From Bythopirellula sp. (GTDB lineage Bacteria; Planctomycetota; Planctomycetia; Pirellulales; Lacipirellulaceae): a stretch of 64,000 nt of DNA. A program made the translations under genes and the position numbers. Positions 57,517-64,000 of the stretch are shown one piece after another. The notes under the pieces are model-generated. The model saw only the letters and a program-made list of their open reading frames with translations. It was not told the origin of the DNA and did not search any database. Where the stretch lies: positions 1,632,001 to 1,696,000 of the forward strand of contig OZ244170.1 in assembly GCA_965216565.1 (NCBI GenBank). The letters run 5' to 3'. Numbering within the stretch: the first letter of the stretch is position 1; the number at the start of each line of letters is the position of its first letter.

Positions 57517-59772
57517 TCAGGCCCCTGCCAATTGCTGTTCGCGCACTTCGTTGAGCTGTTCCTCGGCTGTTCGCCGATAGGGAATACGGTGCAGCCACCA
57601 ACACAGCATGGCAGCGCCAATTAGACAAGCAACCATCACACCGGGCTGGAACAATGTATCGCCATCCGGATCAAACAACCAACTCCATTGGGCAGTAGCT
57701 TCCTCGGTGAGCTCACTTATGCCAACGGCCAAACCGTTATAGATCGCGTGAAATACGATGCAAGGGAGCAGACTGCCCGTCTGAACTGCCAGGAAACCGA
57801 GTATCATGCCCACCGCTGCCGCGGATATTTTTTGCTGAAGGAAGAAGTGAACCATACCAAACGCAACCGCCGAGATTCCAATGGCCCACCACTTATGCCC
57901 TGTGTGCCGCAGCCCCGAAAGAATAAATCCACGGAAGGCAAGCTCCTCACACACTGCTGGCAGCACAGCAATCAACAAATACGGCAACCAAGCGTACGGG
58001 GCACTATCAATCGCCCCCGATAACTCCGCCATCTGCAACTCGACTTCCTCAGTGACGGGATAGAGCTGCTTGACTAGTTCCGAGAACTGCAAGCCCAACG
58101 GGAATACAAGCACCGCCAACATTGCGGCGATCCCTACGTGGGCCAGCTTTGGACGACGATCGAGCAGCAACGTCTGGGCCGGACTTCTGACAAAGAGCAG
58201 CGTCATCAATAGCACTGGAAATGAAATGCACGCAATTTGGCTGACAGTCACTGATTGGACGAAGTAAGCGAAGTCGATGCTTTCGATGGTCTGCGTAGAA
58301 AGTGCCAAATTGACGAAGAATTGGATGATTAAGATTAACGCTACGCACAATAGAGCTTGGGCGAACGTTGGCGTGTCTTGACGATCACGCACCAAATGCA
58401 TGAGCCAACGTCCCAAGTCGAGTCGCTCGCTTTCACGGAACAGGACCGATTCGCGGTTGAAAAGCTCTTCCACCCAGCGAATTGCCAACAGGCAGCACAT
58501 CAATGTGACTCCCACCACCGGCACAACGTATGGCAATGCCTGTATGTATTGGCCTTCTATCACCGAACGCAGCAACAACACGATACCGGTCACGGGAATT
58601 AGACTATTGCCAAGCGTTAATTCCACGCCGGGCGACATTGTCAGAAACATTAGCGGCATGATCACCACTAGCAGAGGCATCAAGTAATATTGACCTTCTT
58701 TCGTACTGCGTGCGAATACCGCAAACGCCAGGCACAAGGCACTGAACAGAGCAGCCACGGGCAGCAAAGCCACCGACAGCCACAGCAAAGCCGACATAGG
58801 CGGCAGCGAAAGCCCCCCTTCGCCGGCGAACGCTTGCACCTGGTTCAACTTATCCATGACGAACATGCCAGTGACGCCTAGACTCGCCAAATTCATCATT
58901 GCGGTAGCAACGCTAAATGTCATCACAGTCAGCAGCTTGCCCCAGGCAATCTCTCTTCGCTGAGCAGGACTGGTTAGCAGGGTTTCGAGGGTGCCTCGTT
59001 CCTTCTCCCCGGCACATAGATCAACGGCCGGGTAGAAGGCCCCCGTTAGCGCCCACAGAAAGATAAGGAACGGCAGGATCTTCGACCACATTGCCGCAGT
59101 GCGTTGCTCTTTCTTGGCCACGTCTTTCGGCTTGACCTCAAACGGCCGAGTGGCCACCAAAGGCACGTTACCGGCGCGTAGGTTGTTACGCATCACCTGG
59201 CCCCTCCAGCGAGCCAAGACGCGTTCGACCCGAAGCTGCGTGAGACGCGATTTTTCGTTCGCCGAATTGTAGAAGAGTTGCGGCGCCGGCAAGGCAGACT
59301 CTGCATCTATCTCTGCACTTTGATCTCTGTCGACCAACGACTGACGAGCTAGTTCTAATCGTTCTCCAAAGCCCTCAGGGAAATAAAGCACTACTTGCGC
59401 CTCACCAGCGGCAAGCCGTTGCCTGGCTTGTTCCAGTGTCAGTTTCTCTAGAGCAGCCCCCTCTTCTTTGCTCTCTAGCGTGGTCGCTAATTCTAAATTG
59501 TCTCGCTCGATAGGCTCATCGAACAATTTAGGGTGAAACTGACTCTCTCGCATCAACGGGGGGAGCCAGTCGTGGTCGGCAAGCTCATCTTCCCCGACGA
59601 CCAACACTTTCGCAGCAGTGTCGCTCAAGAATTGCGAAAGCTGAAAGATGGTCATACCCATCAGCGGATACAGAAGCACCGGCACTACAGCGATCAGCAC
59701 CAACGTCCGACGATCGCGCAGCTGATCTCGCATCTCGCGAGAGAATATTAGTTTGACGTTGTTCCAGTTCAT
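57517..59772 (-). CDS. NatB-like ABC permease fused to CPBP (CAAX-type) intramembrane metalloprotease
   Basis: REMRDQLRDRRT, AGEKERGTLETLL; C-terminal EELAFRG, FGMVH, HAIYN. Confidence 0.88.
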   Translation of the reverse strand: MNWNNVKLIFSREMRDQLRDRRTLVLIAVVPVLLYPLMGMTIFQLSQFLSDTAAKVLVVGEDELADHDWLPPLMRESQFHPKLFDEPIERDNLELATTLESKEEGAALEKLTLEQARQRLAAGEAQVVLYFPEGFGERLELARQSLVDRDQSAEIDAESALPAPQLFYNSANEKSRLTQLRVERVLARWRGQVMRNNLRAGNVPLVATRPFEVKPKDVAKKEQRTAAMWSKILPFLIFLWALTGAFYPAVDLCAGEKERGTLETLLTSPAQRREIAWGKLLTVMTFSVATAMMNLASLGVTGMFVMDKLNQVQAFAGEGGLSLPPMSALLWLSVALLPVAALFSALCLAFAVFARSTKEGQYYLMPLLVVIMPLMFLTMSPGVELTLGNSLIPVTGIVLLLRSVIEGQYIQALPYVVPVVGVTLMCCLLAIRWVEELFNRESVLFRESERLDLGRWLMHLVRDRQDTPTFAQALLCVALILIIQFFVNLALSTQTIESIDFAYFVQSVTVSQIACISFPVLLMTLLFVRSPAQTLLLDRRPKLAHVGIAAMLAVLVFPLGLQFSELVKQLYPVTEEVELQMAELSGAIDSAPYAWLPYLLIAVLPAVCEELAFRGFILSGLRHTGHKWWAIGISAVAFGMVHFFLQQKISAAAVGMILGFLAVQTGSLLPCIVFHAIYNGLAVGISELTEEATAQWSWLFDPDGDTLFQPGVMVACLIGAAMLCWWLHRIPYRRTAEEQLNEVREQQLAGA

Positions 59773-59806
59773 AGGCTTAATCTGTCGCCTGTAGTATTCT
59801 CAAAGT

Positions 59807-60562
59807 CTATTGATCAACTGCCTGCAGTTCCCGCTCGCGGATCATTTCGAAGAAAACATCTTCTAAGTCTTGATGGCCGTATTGTTCGCGAAGCGTGTCG
59901 AGTGTGCCTTCAGCAAGAATCTTGCCTTCGTGCATAATCGCAACCCGATCGCAAAGTCGCTCTGCTTCTCGCATGATGTGCGTAGAAAACACAATACATT
60001 TCCCCTGATCGCGAAGCTCCGCCACCGTGTCGAGGAGCGCGCGAGCCACCAGCACGTCGAGCCCACTGGTGGCCTCGTCGAATATCAGCACGGGGGGATC
60101 GTGCACGATTGCCCGGGCGATAGAAACCTTTTGCTTCATGCCGGTAGACATCTTGGCCCCCAGCAAGTCGCGAATTTTCTGCATTTGCAAACGCTCGAAC
60201 AAATCTTCCATGCGGTCGCGCAGCTGGTCTTGTTCCATCCCGTAGAGTCGGCCAAAGTACTCCACCATTTCCCAGGCAGTCATGCGGTCGTAAACGGCCG
60301 TATTGGCTGACATAAATCCGATATGGTGACGAACCAGGTCGGGCTGTGTGACGCAGTCGAAGCCATTCACCACAGCCGAACCACTGGTTGGCTGGAGCAC
60401 CGTGCTGAGAATCCGCAGGGCCGTGGTTTTGCCAGCTCCGTTGGGACCCAACAGACCAAACACCTCACCTGCCTGGGCCTGAAAACTGAGCCCATCGAGT
60501 GCGACAAACTGGCCTCGCCGTAAATCTTCGTAGACCTTAGTCAGTTGGCATGTTTCTATCAT
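59807..60562 (-). CDS. NatA-like ABC transporter ATP-binding protein
   Basis: [26 protein letters not shown]. Confidence 0.92.
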   Translation of the reverse strand: MIETCQLTKVYEDLRRGQFVALDGLSFQAQAGEVFGLLGPNGAGKTTALRILSTVLQPTSGSAVVNGFDCVTQPDLVRHHIGFMSANTAVYDRMTAWEMVEYFGRLYGMEQDQLRDRMEDLFERLQMQKIRDLLGAKMSTGMKQKVSIARAIVHDPPVLIFDEATSGLDVLVARALLDTVAELRDQGKCIVFSTHIMREAERLCDRVAIMHEGKILAEGTLDTLREQYGHQDLEDVFFEMIRERELQAVDQ

Positions 60563-60674
60563 GAATGCTTGGCAAGGCTAAGGGCGGGGCGGAGGGTAAA
60601 GAGACCTGCAGATTACAAAGGTGCCCTACTTGCAGGATATCAAGCCACCACAGATTTGCGAAGCTAGATCGCCT

Positions 60675-61820
60675 TCAGTCAACGCTTACAATCGGCAAAG
60701 AGTGCTGATTCTGGCGATTGTGCGGGTGAAGTGTAGTCACTTCTTCATCGATCAGCTCGTAGAAGACATTTCGCTGCCGAGGCACAAATCCTAGATCGGA
60801 GATTGAATTTCGGATCTGATCGAGCGACAGGTGATGCACCGTCCCCGCCTCGGAAACGACATTTTCTTCGATCATCAAACTCCCCATGTCATTGGCACCA
60901 TAGAGCAATGCCAGCTGGCCGATCTTCTGCCCCTGCGTCACCCAACTCGACTGGAGATTAGCGAAGTTATCCAAATAGAGCCGCGCCACCGCATTGGTTT
61001 TTAGATACTCGAAACCGCCGGCCGGTGGGATGTGCGACATGTTAGTATGATCAGGCTGAAACGTCCAGCAAATGAATGCTGTGAACCCGCCAGTTTCGTC
61101 TTGCAGTTGTCTCAACCGGTCGAGATGCTCGATCCGTTCTTCTAGGGTTTCGATGTGGCCAAACATCATCGTTGCCGTGCTGCGCCCGCCCAACTCGTGC
61201 CAAACACGATTCATGTCGAGCCAATCGTCGGTAAGCACCTTGCCACGAGTGATCTCTTTGCGAACCCGGTCGACTAATATCTCAGCACCTCCGCCGGGCA
61301 AGCTTCCCAGCCCCGCATCACGTAGACGGCTGAGTACTTCATGAGTAGAAAGATTGTTGATCTTAGTGAAGTGATAGATCTCCGGCGGGCTAAATCCGTG
61401 AACATTTACCTGGGGGAACCGATCCTTGATATCGGCAAGCATTTGCTCGTACCAATCGAGCTTAAAATCCGGATGCAGGCCGCCTTGCAACAGAATCTGC
61501 TCGCCGCCTAAGTCGACAGTTTCTTGAATCTTCTCGAGCAATACTTCACGATCCAGCACATAGCCTTCGCTACTTTTGGGCGATCGATAGAATGCACAAA
61601 AATCGCAAACCGCCGTACACACGTTGGTGTAATTAATGTTGCGGTCGATGTTGTATGTGCGGTAAGACTCGGGGTGGAGTCGACGCGTGACTTCGTCGGC
61701 AGCGCGACCTAAGGCAGCTAAGTCTTGCGACTCGAGCAGGCTTAAACCTTCCTCAGAGCTTAGTCGCTCTCCGGCAACTGCCTTCTCCAAGAGATCATTA
61801 ACCTTCAATGGTGCAATCAT
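60675..61820 (-). CDS. mqnC: Cyclic dehypoxanthinyl futalosine synthase (radical SAM)
   Basis: RNINYTNVCTAVCDFCAFY (CxxxCxxC), LQGGLHP, PGGGAEIL, QSSWVTQG, IEENVV. Confidence 0.9.
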   Translation of the reverse strand: MIAPLKVNDLLEKAVAGERLSSEEGLSLLESQDLAALGRAADEVTRRLHPESYRTYNIDRNINYTNVCTAVCDFCAFYRSPKSSEGYVLDREVLLEKIQETVDLGGEQILLQGGLHPDFKLDWYEQMLADIKDRFPQVNVHGFSPPEIYHFTKINNLSTHEVLSRLRDAGLGSLPGGGAEILVDRVRKEITRGKVLTDDWLDMNRVWHELGGRSTATMMFGHIETLEERIEHLDRLRQLQDETGGFTAFICWTFQPDHTNMSHIPPAGGFEYLKTNAVARLYLDNFANLQSSWVTQGQKIGQLALLYGANDMGSLMIEENVVSEAGTVHHLSLDQIRNSISDLGFVPRQRNVFYELIDEEVTTLHPHNRQNQHSLPIVSVD

Positions 61821-62646
61821 TTGTGCTTATTTCTGGGACAATTTCCGGCGCACGTTCGATCAGTCCGAGCTCAGCCGCTTTGCGGAAAAACAGCGATAGG
61901 CCCTGCAGTTCCTGGGGGCCAAGATAAAAGTATAGATTCTGCCTGAGATACTCTGCAACCAGCTCCAGCGGCAGGGCCATTCGCTCAGCTTGTTCTTGGG
62001 CTATTTCGTCAATGCTCATGCATCCTGCGTCTCTAGCGCTAGACAGAGCATTGCCCACCGTGCTGGTCGAGATGCCAGCACGCGCTACCCACATGGCAAA
62101 TACGAAAGGCAATTCCGCCCACCGGCACCAACGATCGCCCAAGTCCCATACCTCAACGAACTGCGTGTCGTCGCTGTACATGGCACGATCCCCAATGATC
62201 AAGATCGCATCTGTTTCGCAACTTTGCGGATCGCTGCCGATCGGTAGCTCGCTAATCGCAGGACGAACGTCATACAATTCCGCAAGTAGAATCTGCGACA
62301 TAATCGCACTGGTCCGAGAACCTTCGTCGATCGCCAAACTACGAATCTCAGCGGGAGGAACGCGAAATAGTAACTTCACACTCAATACGGGGCCCCGGCA
62401 AGCAATGCACGCATCGGAGGTGATGGTCCAATCGGGATGATGCGCTAGCTCAATACTGGGCACCAAGGCAATGTCCAACTCCTCGCAAGCAAGTCGATCT
62501 GAAAGCTGACTTGGTAGTTGGTACACAACATCTGAGTCGGGAAGAGATTCTGCTAGACCGTAAACTAGTGGCTTGGTATTGAGATAGCTGACTGCCCCAA
62601 TTCGAGTGTTGCGTGACGCTTTTTGAAAATCAGGATTCATCGTCAA
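61798..62646 (-). CDS. mqnA: Chorismate dehydratase
   Basis: IGAVSYLNTKPL, GPVLSV, SRTS, IIGDRA, DLG..W..LPFVFAMW. Confidence 0.92.
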   Translation of the reverse strand: MTMNPDFQKASRNTRIGAVSYLNTKPLVYGLAESLPDSDVVYQLPSQLSDRLACEELDIALVPSIELAHHPDWTITSDACIACRGPVLSVKLLFRVPPAEIRSLAIDEGSRTSAIMSQILLAELYDVRPAISELPIGSDPQSCETDAILIIGDRAMYSDDTQFVEVWDLGDRWCRWAELPFVFAMWVARAGISTSTVGNALSSARDAGCMSIDEIAQEQAERMALPLELVAEYLRQNLYFYLGPQELQGLSLFFRKAAELGLIERAPEIVPEISTNDCTIEG

Positions 62647-62793
62647 ACGGTTGTCGTACGGAGAGCAGCAAGTGGGTCGAAATATCAGAAAGACGAATTA
62701 TAAGCGGCCTTTGGAGGGCCGACTAGATCGTCCTTAGCCTATCTGCTCTTCGGCTAAACAACGAACCGTAATTCTGCTACCAGGTTAACCTCG

Positions 62794-64000
62794 CTAAACC
62801 TCCATTCTACGAAAGGCCTTCAATCCCAGTCGCATCGGCACGACGGTAACGATTACTGCGAGAATGACCGAGATGGCAATCCCACCGGTCATCCACCAGC
62901 TAAGATACTTCGAAGGCACGTAGGCCGGAGACATATCCGAGTTCTCTGCCATCAAATAGAAATGGCAGGGCAGGGCGGTAAGCAAGACAATGATCAGAAT
63001 ATAGAGGGCACTAAACACCAAATTGAGCGTGCCACCGAAGCCGGCTGCAATTTTCGAGGGCGACTGATCTTGGAAGTTCGGCATGATAGCCCCTAAACCA
63101 ACAGCCATCGCCGACAGCCCTACACAGAGGAACAAACAGATCATTTGGTGCACGAGCACCACCATGTTGGATACATCGAGCATGTAGTCGCTAATCAGCA
63201 CCAAGATGGCACTAGGCAGCCAGGAACCGGTGGCCGCAAATAGAAACTTGCCCCACAGGATAGTATCTCGCTCGACTGGCAAGCGTGAGAGGATCCAAAA
63301 CCGTCGCCCCTCTAAGCTGATTAGCGGATATATAAATCTGGTCGTAAACGTCGACAGGATTAACCCTACTACCGCCAGGTTTAAAAAGCTAACGATGTTC
63401 ACCCAGGCGAGCACACTCACATCCGCGCGGTGCTGCCGAAATCGATCGAGGTTTGCAAAATACAACAGCAACAGACCAAAGAAGATTAAGAACTGCGACC
63501 ACTGCACAGGATCGCGGCGGAAGAGCCTTAGATCTTTGGTAATGAGCAAACGCGTCTCGCGAGATAAGAACACCATCATTTTCTCAGCGATTTTATCGAC
63601 CATGCTGAGCCTAGGGTGGGCAACACGCGCCTGTTGAGAATTCAGCCCCGAGTAGCTATCCCGAAATTGGGATTTCCCCATCTTTAGAACAACCAAGTGG
63701 AGTATTAGTGCATTCGAGAGCAATACGATTAAATACTTACCACTCTCCACCCAAGGCAAATCGGAAGGATCCGTGTTGGCTAACTGAGGGCGAGCTGCTT
63801 CCAGCATTCCATTACTCAGCCAAGTACTCGGCAGCCACTCTCCACGGGTAAATTCGAAGCGGTGGAACGTCTCTACGAACCACGAGGCACCTAAGAGTTC
63901 TGCACCAGCAATATCCAGGGATTGCCAAATTGAGTTGTAAGCCACACCGATCACAAACACCGCGATACCGGCAACCACCAGCTTGCGGAATTGAGGAATC
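62794..64000 (-). CDS. Putative ABC-2-type permease, C-terminal part (open to the right edge)
   Basis: KDLRLFRRDPVQW, ISLEGRRFW, multiple TM helices; no stop between 63978 and 64000. Confidence 0.8.
   Translation of the reverse strand, partial: IPQFRKLVVAGIAVFVIGVAYNSIWQSLDIAGAELLGASWFVETFHRFEFTRGEWLPSTWLSNGMLEAARPQLANTDPSDLPWVESGKYLIVLLSNALILHLVVLKMGKSQFRDSYSGLNSQQARVAHPRLSMVDKIAEKMMVFLSRETRLLITKDLRLFRRDPVQWSQFLIFFGLLLLYFANLDRFRQHRADVSVLAWVNIVSFLNLAVVGLILSTFTTRFIYPLISLEGRRFWILSRLPVERDTILWGKFLFAATGSWLPSAILVLISDYMLDVSNMVVLVHQMICLFLCVGLSAMAVGLGAIMPNFQDQSPSKIAAGFGGTLNLVFSALYILIIVLLTALPCHFYLMAENSDMSPAYVPSKYLSWWMTGGIAISVILAVIVTVVPMRLGLKAFRRMEV

Overview
Bacterial chromosomal segment, almost certainly from a planctomycete (DUF1559 prepilin-like gene, several Ser/Thr kinases, MoxR/vWA/BatA and PQQ-propeller families, futalosine menaquinone pathway). 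From left to right: (1) a partial Ser/Thr kinase and a D-2-hydroxyacid dehydrogenase; (2) a DoxX / Tat-oxidoreductase / peroxiredoxin-like lipoprotein run, whose last gene has an in-frame TGA in a U-x-x-C motif followed by a SECIS-like hairpin (probable selenoprotein); (3) a ~24 kb, 13-gene minus-strand envelope operon (TPR/beta-propeller, terpene-cyclase-fold protein, MoxR, DUF58, two vWA proteins, coiled-coil proteins, NPCBM, and three HtrA paralogs of which two are catalytically dead); (4) HU, an amber-interrupted LITAF-like ORF, and a ~1.4 kb decayed island at tRNA-Phe (46-bp att duplication, broken integrase, intact HEPN gene); (5) a divergent ~12 kb operon with a second cyclase-fold protein, a TonB-like protein, an ExbB-ExbD-ExbD motor, a beta-propeller membrane protein and an orphan TPR-fused solute-binding protein; (6) housekeeping genes (kinase, RluA-family, Maf, tkt, hemolysin III); (7) mntR facing a DUF1559 + lipoprotein pair across two MntR-type operators; (8) mqnA/mqnC and a deaminase interleaved with a NatA/NatB-CPBP transporter. 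All calls come from reading motifs by eye; no database searches were run.
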